Source: Gracilinanus agilis
Taxonomy: Eukaryota
NCBI RefSeq assembly: GCF_016433145.1
Contig: NC_058131.1
Location: 288,984,962 to 289,048,961, forward strand
Direction of reading: 5' to 3'
Length of the DNA stretch: 64,000 bases
The notes under the pieces were generated by a model. The model did not search any database, was not told where the DNA came from, and worked only from the letters and a program-made list of their open reading frames with translations. Position 1 is the stretch's first letter, and every line of letters starts with the position of its first letter. Below, piece after piece: positions 24,727 through 35,479 of the stretch. Both the position numbers and the translations under genes were made by a program.

Positions 24727-25038
24727 GGAGACTCAACAAGGGAGGGGAGAAGCAAAGATGCCACAGGCAGTCCTGCCAAGGGATGGCACAGGATCTGCCT
24801 TGCCAACCAAGAAGGTTCCATGGGAACCAGGCAAGAGGTATCCCTGACTTCCTAATGAACTTGGGCCTGCCTTGGTGCCAGGGCTGAACAGGGCACTGGT
24901 GTGGTAAGGTGCTGCTGACCCACATCCACCCACCCACCCCCCCGGCCCTGGATGAAGCAGAGCACTGGGGCCTGCAGGCAGGCTTCTGAGAGAGGAAATC
25001 TATTTTTGTTTGGATAGATCAGCTGGCATGTCTGTCTG

Positions 25039-25044
25039 AATAAA
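25039..25044 (+). terminator. ZNF335 proximal polyadenylation signal AATAAA
   Basis: First AATAAA after the stop (313 nt downstream), with a G/T-rich tract beyond it. Confidence 0.7.
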
Positions 25045-26414
25045 GAAAAGGGACTAGGAGGCCAGCCCTGGCCAGTTTCACTGGATTGGGGTGGTTCTCT
25101 TCTGCTTTCTCTTTACCTGGTGCTGGTAGGTAAAGTGGCTCCCGGAGGTCAGTCCCCTACTGCCCCTAACAGAATGGCAGCACTGCTGTTGACTGTAGCT
25201 CAGGACTTTCCTGCTGGTGGCGCTCAACATTAAAGCATAAGAATTAGCTCTAGGGTTGGTTGGGGAAGGTATCATTTTACAGAAATTCAGTCACAAAGAC
25301 AGAGCTTTAAAAGACCTTAGAGATCATTTCACCCAACCCCCCTCACTTTACAGATGAGGAAAATTAGGCTCAGAGAGAAGTGATTTGCATATGATCACAG
25401 GTAGTATCAGAGCTTGTTGTCATGCTCAAGTTGTAGATTATTACTGAATTACTTTTGAATTCTAGAATCATGCATTTCTAGACTATGGTCCCTTTGCCCT
25501 ATAAAAGCTTTCTCAAACTCCTGCCAGTTTGTCCTTGGGGACACCAGAGGAAGTTGATAATCCACAGGCCTAAGGAACCCTAATTGACAAGTTTTGGGTG
25601 GCATGGGGTAGGCTCATTCAAAGGTCCCTATACACAATGGGTAAAACTACTCAGATCAATTAAAGACCAGGCTGGGCCTTTTAGCTCTTATATAACCTGG
25701 AAGGGTTTAGCCAGCCCACTAAACCTTTGCAGGGAAGAACCCAAGAAAAAGATGAATCTGGTTCCTGGCCTGATTTGGTTTCTGCCCCCTGCCCATAGAG
25801 CTCACTCCAAGGGGAGTCAGGGAATTGTGTGAATGAATCCCTATGTCCCTGAGAACACAGGGCCCTAAAAGCCATGGGCATACCAAAGGCCCCGAGGATT
25901 CCTTATCTCCTTGACCTGCAGCTAGTGGATGTATGAGAATAAAAAGGGACAGTGTCACGTGTGTGGGTGTGTGTATGCGCAGTGGGAACATCTCACTGGT
26001 ATGAAGTGGCATAGGAAAAGGCAGCAACCATGATTGGGCCTGGACATGGGCTCCCAGGAAGGGGACCTGAGAAGCTCCTTCCTCCTCCCAGAACCCTCAC
26101 ACAGTCTTGGGGCTTTTCTGTATTTTCTTTTACACATGAAACAGCGTTAGCGACAGGACAGGGAGGATATGGGACTATTCACAAGGGACATGGAGTGAGC
26201 ATGAGATTTTAAGGAAATAGGGGGAGAAGGATATGTGTGTGAGGAAAGCCATAGAGGGCCACCTTCTTCCTATGTCAGTGGCAGCCTCAACCCATCTGCT
26301 GCCCCATAGAGGATTGTGGGTGGTATCTTGTTCCTGGGGCTATATCAGGTGACAAAGTGAGGCCTGACGACAACACCACCACCACCACCCCCAGCTCAAC
26401 TTTTGCACTGCCTG

Positions 26415-26655
26415 CTAAGTAGGGTTGGACTCTCGGCTGGTGCTCTGCTCCCGGCCAGTGTCACGGTCCTTGGCCTCAGAAGAAGAGGAGGTGGAGGAGC
26501 TCCCTGAGGTGGAGCCATGACTCCGGCCAGACTGCCGGTAGGCTGTGGTCAGCTCCTGCAGCCTTGCTGGCGTGGGCTCCCACTTGGCAAAGCCGGGATC
26601 ATTCTGTAGGAATAGTACGGCCGTGTTGTGCACAGCCTTGTAGTAGAGCTCTTCC
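26415..26655 (-). CDS. PCIF1: PCIF1 exon 17 coding part to TAG
   Basis: EELYYKAVHNTAVLFLQNDPGFAKW...SRESNPT*. Confidence 0.96.
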
Positions 26656-26740
26656 CTGTAAGGCAAAGGGGCCATTCTGCAATAGCTGCACCTGCTCTAC
26701 CTGCCCCTCCTCCCCAGTCCACCCCACAAAATGCACCCAC

Positions 26741-26916
26741 TTCTTGCAGATGTGCTGGGAGCCACTTCGGTACTCGTGGTCAAAGGCAGGAAGCACCAAC
26801 TGGTGGCGCTTAAAGCGGCTGCGCTCCATTCGGGTTAGTGCTGGTGTGGGAGGGTCTCGCCACTCTGGGATGAAGACGATGAAGGACAGGGGCTCTGGGG
26901 AGCTCTCCAACAGCTT
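26741..26916 (-). CDS. PCIF1: PCIF1 exon 16
   Basis: KLLESSPEPLSFIVFIPEW...GSQHICK; 176 nt. Confidence 0.96.
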
Positions 26917-27013
26917 CTATGAAGCACCAATGGGGGAAGTGGTGCTGAGAATCTGGCATAGCTCAGGAACATGTCACCCCTGATCCCCCAGCCCACCCAT
27001 GAGGGCCACAAAC

Positions 27014-27107
27014 CTCAAAGTGAGAGACCATAGCATCCATCAGCTCCTCGCAGAATGGAGGGTTTGCCTCAAAGGAGCCACTCAGTGGGAAGAAGTCCAG
27101 GCAGGGC
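27014..27107 (-). CDS. PCIF1: PCIF1 exon 15 (catalytic NPPF motif at 27053-27064)
   Basis: [31 protein letters not shown]. Confidence 0.96.
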
Positions 27108-27664
27108 CTGAGAGCAGGGGAGGGAGGCCCATCAGAAGTCAGTCAACCTACCAAGAGCGGGTACCACCTATGTATATATCTAACGTGCTGGGTGCTGCTG
27201 TAGTGGAGGTTGCTGCTCTCAGCAAGCTGGAGGATTATAAAGGCAAGAGGACACCTCAGATCCTCCTCTCAAAGCCTACCCAAACCGGCCCTGTTAGCTT
27301 GATCTTTGTTTGACACTTAGGTCTAATGGCTTCATTTCTTACATGGAAGGTAAGTCACTTGGCACTTAGGCACTACCTAGTTATCCTCTCCCCAGTGAAC
27401 CTGAGATTTATAAGGAACAGTTTTCTCACACAAAGTAAAAAACCAGGGGGTGGCAGGGTCACATAACCCATTAGTGGAATGTTGCACCCTTTCATGAAGC
27501 AGGTTTGATAAGATTCCCCTTCAGCAGCAACTAAACCAAAAAACTTCCTCCTTTGAGAAGAGCCAAGACTCAGTACTAACAGTCAAGAGCCCCTCTGATT
27601 TCAGAGCTATGCATAGCCTAGGCCACTGCCCACCCTCCTAGGCCAAGAGCAGCTGAGATCTCAC

Positions 27665-27849
27665 CCTCGGGAACCAAAGTAGCCATCGGTGTCTGGGAAG
27701 GCAGAGCAGTACTGACGGAAGTAGCAGTTCAGGGGGGAGGCAAAACATTCAAAGCTGACTCCAAAGAGTCGATGCAGAGCTTCGAAGACATGTACTGGGA
27801 GTGAGCCCTGCAGGCCTGTTCCCTCATACAGTCCCACCCCGAACATCAT
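27665..27849 (-). CDS. PCIF1: PCIF1 exon 14
   Basis: [18 protein letters not shown]...ECFASPLN...GYFGSR. Confidence 0.96.
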
Positions 27850-27963
27850 CTACAGGAATAACCAAGAGAGCCACAGTTACAGGGGGAAAGACCACCACCT
27901 CTCCTCCAACCCAACCTTAGCCTCATCCCATAAGGCTACTCACACCACAGCTGTACCCTATAC

Positions 27964-28050
27964 CTGATAACGTCGGAGAAGACACCAGACACGAGGCAGG
28001 AATCTCTCAAAAGCCGAGTCGTCGATGCAACTGTAGCGATAGAGGAGCCA
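27964..28050 (-). CDS. PCIF1: PCIF1 exon 13
   Basis: [29 protein letters not shown]; 87 nt. Confidence 0.96.
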
Positions 28051-28816
28051 CTGTCAGAAGACAGAGAATTGAACATTAGCGGAGAGCTCCTGAGGGCTCC
28101 TTGCTCTGGGGAACGAGATTCTTCCATGTCAATAATTCAGCTGTTACTTTAGGCACTTTGTGTGTGTGCTGGGCATCAGGGAGACAGCCTAACACTCTAA
28201 TACTTCTGGGGTTCTGCCCCTGTGAAGTTTTCAGTCTGGTAGGGGAATATGACACACCTAACTATAGTATATACTTTTACATAAACACATTAGTAATATA
28301 AAACAATTTGCATTTCTGTGGTATTTTAAGGTTTACAAAGCCCTTTCCTCACAATAACCAATGAAGATAGAAAGTATGTTGTGTAAGTGCTACCCCCGTT
28401 TTACAGATGAAAAAACTAGCTGTGATCCTGGGCAAGTCACTCAACCCCAATCGCCCAGTCCTAACTATTCTGCTGTGTAACTGCTACATAATATTCATTC
28501 TAAGCCAGAAGGTAAGGATTTAGAAAAAAAAAAGTTATTGACTAGGCTAGAGTCAAAATTAGTGCTGAAGTCTAGGTTCAAACCCCAGTTTCTTGACCCC
28601 ACGTCCAAAGGCTCCACTATATCATAATGCCTTTCCATAACTGAGATATCTCCAGGCAATCTGGAATCCCAATCAAGGCCACTGCATGGGGACTTCTGAT
28701 GTCTTGACTTGGGCAGACAGCTACTTGGGAGCTACTGATTTCTCCTGACATTCCAGCTTTCCCTTCTGACTCAGTTCCTCCATCCCACCACCAAAGCTTG
28801 ATGCTTCTACCCTCAC

Positions 28817-28989
28817 CAGTTTGCTGAAGAAGTTACGACTGACTTTGACCATCTCCCCCTTGTAGCGCACGCAGGCCACGTTGTTCTCCATGTGCATCTC
28901 CACACTGGGCAGGGGAGGTGAGGGCACGGCCAGCCGTACCGGGTAGCAGTAGACGAGTCGCTGCTCCACTTCTGCTGCTTCTGCCTCCT
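28817..28989 (-). CDS. PCIF1: PCIF1 exon 12
   Basis: EAEAAEVEQRLVYCYPVRLA...RNFFSKL. Confidence 0.95.
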
Positions 28990-30120
28990 CTGAGGGAAGT
29001 GGGTGAGGTGAGGGCCCTGGCCTGGGGTGGCCCCACCCTGCTCCACTCCAGCCCATGCTCAACTCAGGTCAGGGAGCACCTTGAGGGGACTTACTGAGGA
29101 AGACTGGCAGGGGGCAGGCAGAGCTATACCTAGGGGGTTGCAGACCTAGGTCATAATTATATTGTAATTATTATAATAACAATAACAACAACTATTTATG
29201 TAGCACTTTCAGGCTTACCAAGACTTTTTCCTCACAACAAGCCTGCTTAAGTAAGAAATGCAAGTACTTTTACAGTACCCTTGTTTTGCAAAAAAGGAAA
29301 CTGAAACTGAGAATCTGAGACTTCTCTTGCTCACTGAGCAAGTAAGTGCCAGAGCCACGATGTGAACCAAAGACTCTTCATTGAAAGTCTGGTACTCCTT
29401 CCACAACACCAAGTTATAAACTATGCACTGTAGCCCCCGAGCCCAGGCTCCACAGATATATTGGGGAAATTAGGTTAGAATAAACACCAAAGGTAGTGAA
29501 TGAGGCTTAGTTTAGTCAGTGGCTCCTAATAATCTGTTGCATCACAGTCGTCCCTTGGATATGCACCTGGCTCTCTCAGAACTGCTCGTGTCACCTCCTT
29601 AGCGCCTGTGGACTGCCTCCTTGAGGTGACCACCCCATGCGATGTTCCCCTGGAATGCCTCACATGGAGATGAAGAAAGATGGCACCGATGTGTCAATGC
29701 TGGGGTCCCCATCAATGAGTAGGAGGAGTTAACATGTACTGCTGCTCCCTTACCAAACCCCTACCTGTTTTAACCAGGGTTCAAATCCAAGTTCTTCTAC
29801 TTACTTACTATATTACCTTGGGTGGGTCACAACCTCTGAACCTCAGTTTCCACAGCCATACAAAGTTGGGATTGAATTAGGGGACCTCTAATCCTAACAT
29901 ACAATGTCTTTACCTCTCCTCTCCCTGCTATGGATTGAGAAGAGCTGCCAGCAATGGAACTGTAACCCTCTCCCCAAAAGGCAACAAGGCCCAATTAGTG
30001 TTTCCATGATCACAATTACTCCTTCCTCCCAGAACTAGTTCATGCTCCCAAGGGTATTCCTAGATACCATCCTCCACCCAAAAGCTCCCCAACCATCTTC
30101 CCTGATGGTCACCCCCATAC

Positions 30121-30283
30121 CCGGGATGTTGTTCTCCTTGAGGATGGCAAGATGCTTCTCCCGGATTCGTTTGACGTACTCCAGGGAAATGTGGTAGATC
30201 TTGCTACATATACCCTCCACTGAGTCTTTTGCCGCAGCTGACACATGGGGGCCACACTGCTTTCTTAAGTGCTCCAGACGGTC
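30121..30283 (-). CDS. PCIF1: PCIF1 exon 11
   Basis: DRLEHLRKQCGPHVSAAAKDSVEG...LKENNIP. Confidence 0.96.
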
Positions 30284-30383
30284 CTGCAGCAGACATGCCC
30301 TGTAGATGCAGCCCCACCTACCCTGGGGAGCCCCCAACCCTCTCAACCCTCCTTTCCAAGGCCCAAGAGTGGCCACAACTCAC

Positions 30384-30483
30384 CATATAGTCATCCTTGG
30401 AAGCTGAGTGGTCCTTCCGTAACCAACTGAAAGTATCTTCCACATTCCACTTCACCACCTTCCTGCTATCTGGGGATGCACTC
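30384..30483 (-). CDS. PCIF1: PCIF1 exon 10
   Basis: [33 protein letters not shown]. Confidence 0.96.
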
Positions 30484-31123
30484 CTACACAACATTCAATG
30501 GGAAGGGCAGCAAATCAGTACACTCAGGCCCCAGGACCAGATCAACCAGGAGGCACTGGTTCTACTTGCCCTCCCCACACACATATTCCACCTTCACAAG
30601 CCCTGTGTCAGGCAACGGCTCTATCCATCTTTCCACAGTACTTTAAGATTCAGAATGCATTTTTCTTATAATCCTGCTACATAGGTAATAGAAGTATTAT
30701 CTCCATTTCACAGATGAAAATAGATGAGATTCAGAGAGAGTGACTGCCCAAGGTTAAAGAATTCATGTGAACACAGGAGAAGATTCAAACTTGGGTCTCC
30801 TGACTCTTAGCCCAGTGCTTACTTAGGAGCTAAAGAGGTGACTGACTCTCTGAGCCTGTTATGGAATTCCACAGAGAGACTCACAAGCTCTGACCTCCAC
30901 AAGTACACCTATGGAGGGCCATATTTTCTTCTACTTTCTTCAGCCTTGGTATCTGGTATTTCTGTCAGTACTCTCAAACATGATAGAACCTAGAGTGTGA
31001 AATCATGATGCATAGGATGAACTCTGGGAAGTTCTATCACTCCTCCCCAACAACTTCATTCCTGGGGAATTTCCTTATAGAAGTATTTCTGGCTTGATAG
31101 TCTGGAAAGGGGAACTTCCTGAC

Positions 31124-31207
31124 CTGGACTCAATGAGTCGCTTGGCAGCTTCTGCATATTTGAAGAGCAACCGCTTGGCTTCTTCCCGGAACTTGATTCG
31201 GGATAAC
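31124..31207 (-). CDS. PCIF1: PCIF1 exon 9
   Basis: LSRIKFREEAKRLLFKYAEAAKRLIES. Confidence 0.96.
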
Positions 31208-31317
31208 CTGGGTCAAAAAGGGACAGCCATCAGGTTCAATGTCAAGGATACCCTCAAAGGGAGCAGGCTCTGCTCTAGGAGAGTCCCAAAGTCCAAGTGG
31301 ACTTGGTAGAGGAGTAC

Positions 31318-31465
31318 CTGATGGGAATGTCGTTCATGATTTCTCGAAACATGGAAGGAGACACAACTGGCTCACAGTTGCTCGGCAACAAAGGGTCAGG
31401 CCCTTTATCCACCACCTTGCGCTCAAGCATCCAGCGGTTAAAGGACTCCCTCGGGGGCTCGATGC
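31318..31465 (-). CDS. PCIF1: PCIF1 exon 8
   Basis: [32 protein letters not shown]...DIPI. Confidence 0.96.
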
Positions 31466-32107
31466 CTGAGAGAGAGGCTAATATGAGCAATCCCAATGGG
31501 AGATTGGAGAACAGAAAGGAATATAAGACCTTGGGCATTCTGGGCAGTCCCAGAAATGACCCAGAAAGGAAATCATAGGATCACAGATACAGAGCTAAAA
31601 GGGGCCTTAGGAGTAATCTAGTCACTTCATTTTATAGATGAAGAAAATGAGACTCTGACAAGTGACTTGCCCAAGATCATACAGCTAATGACTGAGCCAG
31701 GATTTGAAACCAGATCCTGCTCTTCAAAATCCAGTGATCTCTGTACTTATATTACACTACCTCTTTAGAGACACAAAGACAGTTGGTGGCCATTCACCCA
31801 ACTTTAAGCAACATAGATTTTATCTTAATATGAAACTTGAAGTCAGAGGAGAAAGGTGTTGGGCCTTGCATGTATCTGATCCTAATGATTGAACTCCTCA
31901 ACTCCAGCCCCATCCTTGACCCCTGGCTTTTCCCAAAGGCAGAGGGGTGAGAAGGGGAGGAAAGGAACATAAAAACAACAAAGAAAAGCTGAAAGAACCA
32001 TAAAAAAAAGTAGAGACCCAGCCAAAAAGAAGAACCATGAGCAAAGGGGAGACTGAGCCAAGACAGAAGAAGAACCATAAGCAAGAGGGGACTAAGCTAA
32101 GTCTTAC

Positions 32108-32262
32108 CTTCACGCTGTTGGCACAGCTCCCGGTAATGTTGGCGAAGTTTCAGAATAAGCTGGGAACGGAGCAGTTCCACCTCAGGGTGCGGGGGCAGGA
32201 CCTCAGATGGCCCCCGTTGCTTTATGACTGCATTTGTCTGGATGTCCAGATCCCAGTACACC
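32108..32262 (-). CDS. PCIF1: PCIF1 exon 7
   Basis: VYWDLDIQTNAVIKQRGPSEVLPPHPEVELLRSQ...CQQRE. Confidence 0.96.
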
Positions 32263-32488
32263 CTTAGGTAATAAATAGTGGCCCATAAAGAAAGTAAGGA
32301 GTAGAAAAGATGAACTCCCAATCTCCAAATTTCTAAGAGAACCATCCAACCCAATAAATCACTAATAGCCTCTGAACCAATAACCCAATCCCAAAATGAG
32401 CCAGTAACTCACTGCTCCCTCTTGGCCTCCTACACAATGCCTGTACTAAGATGAAAAAGGCCTGAGGATCCCTACAGAGAGAACTCAC

Positions 32489-32619
32489 TCAGTGGGCCGA
32501 AGGAGAGCTGCTTGCTGTTTGTCTTCAGGGGATGTGCCCCATATCTTCATAGTTGGTGTCCCAGGAATACTAGGGGAGCTGGGCACAGACTGAGCAGAAG
32601 GAGTCCCTGGGACTTCAGC
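32489..32619 (-). CDS. PCIF1: PCIF1 exon 6
   Basis: AEVPGTPSAQSVPSSPSIPGTP...QAALLRPT. Confidence 0.94.
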
Positions 32620-33234
32620 CTGAAGAAAGGAATGATAAAAGTCACGATACTTGCCAAGGGGCAAGTCTTGCCAATATGGTATGTATGAACGTGGCTCCCT
32701 AAAGAATAATAGGGCCACTCTTCCTGTCACCAACACAGCAAACAAAACTCTTGACTAAGTCCTGATAATTATACCTCACAGGACTACGACACTTTACCAA
32801 GGGTCTCACAACAGTGCTAAGAAGGAGGGAAGGCAAGAATTATTATCTTTCTGTTACAGAAAGGATGAAGTTCCACTTTACAGTGAAGATAAGAGAATTT
32901 AAGGCTCAAGAGATAAAAGAGAATTTAGAGATAATATAACCCTTCCTTTTACAGATGAGAAAAATTAAGGCCGAAAGAGAAGAAATGATGAGCCCAGTTC
33001 ACAGAGGGAATAGAAGTGCTGAATTAAAATTCAAACCCAAACCCTCTAACCCCAAATTTGGAACTTTTTCCATTACAACATGCTAGGTAACTTGCCCAGA
33101 CTCATACAGTAAGTATCAAAGTCAAGTTCAGATTCAGGTCCTCTGCTTCTTTGTCTAGGTCTCTTTCCATTACACGAATGCCTTCAGGCCTAGCTGACCT
33201 TATTCCATGTTGTTCACACTAGCAGGACACACAC

Positions 33235-33369
33235 CTTGGGCTTCTTTACGATGTTGCCACTGGGCTGCTCTTCTGAAAGCCTCCTTTTCCTTGGCTTGTT
33301 CTCCACTGGTGTTTCCACCACTCCAGCTTCTGAGTGCATCGGAGCCGCATTCAGCCCCAAAGGGTCCGA
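33235..33369 (-). CDS. PCIF1: PCIF1 exon 5
   Basis: SDPLGLNAAP...ENKPRKRRLSEEQPSGNIVKKPK. Confidence 0.94.
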
Positions 33370-33656
33370 CTGAGGGTGGGGGCCAGACCAGCAGAGTTAT
33401 AACTGGCAATGCTGGCTCTCAGACTAAGCAGAGCCTATTACACAGTCCTGCCCCATACCCATCTCCCACCAACTGAATACCAAATAGCAAGTCCACCCTC
33501 AGGTAGCAAACCCTTGGCAATATCCAAAGTACTTTGCCAACCAGCTTCTCCAAGTCAAGTAAGAAGGGGTGACTCCCTCAAAAAGAGGGCACAAACATCT
33601 TCTACTCTTCTCAGAAAGCTGCATCAGCCCACCGTAGCCCTAAGCAAGGCACTTAC

Positions 33657-33781
33657 AATGACATCATGCTGTCCCAGGACTGGCATCTCCCACAGTGACT
33701 GGTTGGTGAATCGATTAAAGTAGTAGGGGCGATTTTCTCGTCTGCTCCAACACTTCTCCCAGCCAGCCTGTACTAGCTCAT
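33657..33781 (-). CDS. PCIF1: PCIF1 exon 4 (WW domain)
   Basis: ELVQAGWEKCWSRRENRPYYFNRFTNQSLWEMPVLGQHDVI. Confidence 0.96.
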
Positions 33782-34419
33782 CTGGAAACCAAGGCCAGAA
33801 TCAAGGCAATCCAACAATTCAATATAATTGGCATTTATTAAATACCAGCTGGGAGCTGGGAGAAATACAAAGTTCAGATTAAATAAAGTCCTAACCTCTG
33901 AACATACAATCTAGTAGAGGAATTAAGACAAAACCAGAAATTTATATTACAGACAATAACAAAAGATAAATATATTAAATAAGTGAAAAAGATTGTGAAG
34001 TTCAAGGGGGAAGGTTGTTACCCAATGAGAATGAGGAGATCAGAGGTTCTCTGGAGAAGGTGGCATCTGAGTTGAGCATTAAGGGATAAATAAGAATTTA
34101 ATAGGTGAAGAATGTAGAGAAAGATTCTCAGAGTAGGAACAGGGTGAGCAAAGGCAAGGAAATAGGAAAAGCAGGGCACAGTCAAAGGAGAGACTATTCC
34201 AGTTTGGTTGTAATGTAAAATGCATCATAGTAAGAACAGAAATACAGCTGGAAAAGTGGGGTGATGTTAAATTACAGAAAGCTTTGAATGCTAGGCAAAG
34301 AAACCTGAATTTTACTTATTTTATTAGCACAATTCCATGTAGAATACAAACCAAGAAGTTCCCTTCCCAAGATCCCAGAACCTCTTCCTTATATTCCCTT
34401 CATCGTTCCCTTATAATAC

Positions 34420-34543
34420 CTGGAAGGTCCTGTACCAGTCGGATAGGCTTGGGGGAACTAGGTTGGCTTTGATTAGAGGTGCCTGGGGAGTGACTCAGCA
34501 GAGACGCCTCCTCTCTAGGACTGCCGTGGTTCTCATTGGCCAT
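34420..34543 (-). CDS. PCIF1: PCIF1 exon 3 coding part (exon acceptor at 34564)
   Basis: ATG at 34543; MANENHGSPREEASLLSHSPGTSNQSQPSSPKPIRLVQDLP G|gt. Confidence 0.96.
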
Positions 34544-35252
34544 CTCTCAGCAACAGCATGAGACCTATTGTACATAGTAATCAAGTCAGAACCAAAAAGG
34601 CCCATTTTTACTCCTTTCCATATAGAATCCAGCAAGAAAAGTAGAAATCATTTCTCTGCTATAATACTAAGAGCTATTTCCAGAAAACCTCTTGACTACC
34701 CATTCTAGGAAAAAAAAAAAAAGCACACATTCATAGACTTAATACCATCCTATCAGGCAGACTACTGTAACGTTGAACATAAAGAGGCATAGGACAGAAG
34801 TCTACGTCCTAGGTGAGACACTTTCAACTCAATCATTTCAGAGGAAAGTGAGTGAATTTACTTAATTTTGATATGGAAATAGGGTAAGGGACACAGAATA
34901 TAGCCAATACACTTAAGTGGAGTTAGGGAGGCATACTTAATTTGTTCATTCCCTAAAATGGGAAAAGTTCTGTGCTTAACTGAAAGGCTAGAAGAAAGTA
35001 GTGTTGCTAAACTGAGTAGCACTGGGCTAGGAGTCAGGTGATATGGGCACTAGGTGAGTGATTCTAGTCTAATCTCTTAGGTGCTGGTGTTTTCAACAGT
35101 AAAATAGCGATCTCTAAAATCATTTATTCCCAAGTCATAGGATCTAGGGACAGGAACCGACCTCAGTCTGAGCCCGGTGTTAAAACAAGCCTGTGAATTT
35201 CAGGGTCTGGGGCCAGAGGCCTAAGGGCTGACAAGCTCCATTTCTCTCTCAC

Positions 35253-35453
35253 CCTCTGGGGTCTGAAGCATTAGCACGAAAAGAAGGCACTTCCAGGCCT
35301 TCACCAAGCCCTGCTTCTCTGGAGTCACTGCAGGATTTTCCCAGGGATGGTCCGGGCAAATGCTAGGTACGGTATGGTCGGGCACTGGTAGGTTGGTGGG
35401 TGGATAGGTAGGTCAGCAGTGGCTTGGGCAAAGTACCAGGGGCATCGTCAGAC
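35253..35453 (-). other. PCIF1: PCIF1 exon 2 (5' UTR, 201 nt)
   Basis: Polypyrimidine acceptor ...cccagctgcag|GTCTG at 35453; donor GAGG|gtgaga at 35252. Confidence 0.7.
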
Positions 35454-35479
35454 CTGCAGCTGGGCAGCAAAAGAAACAC

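Noticed and set aside
31398-31400. PCIF1 DKGPDP where I recall human DKGSDP
   Set aside because: Single substitution outside the catalytic motifs, and the comparison rests on memory
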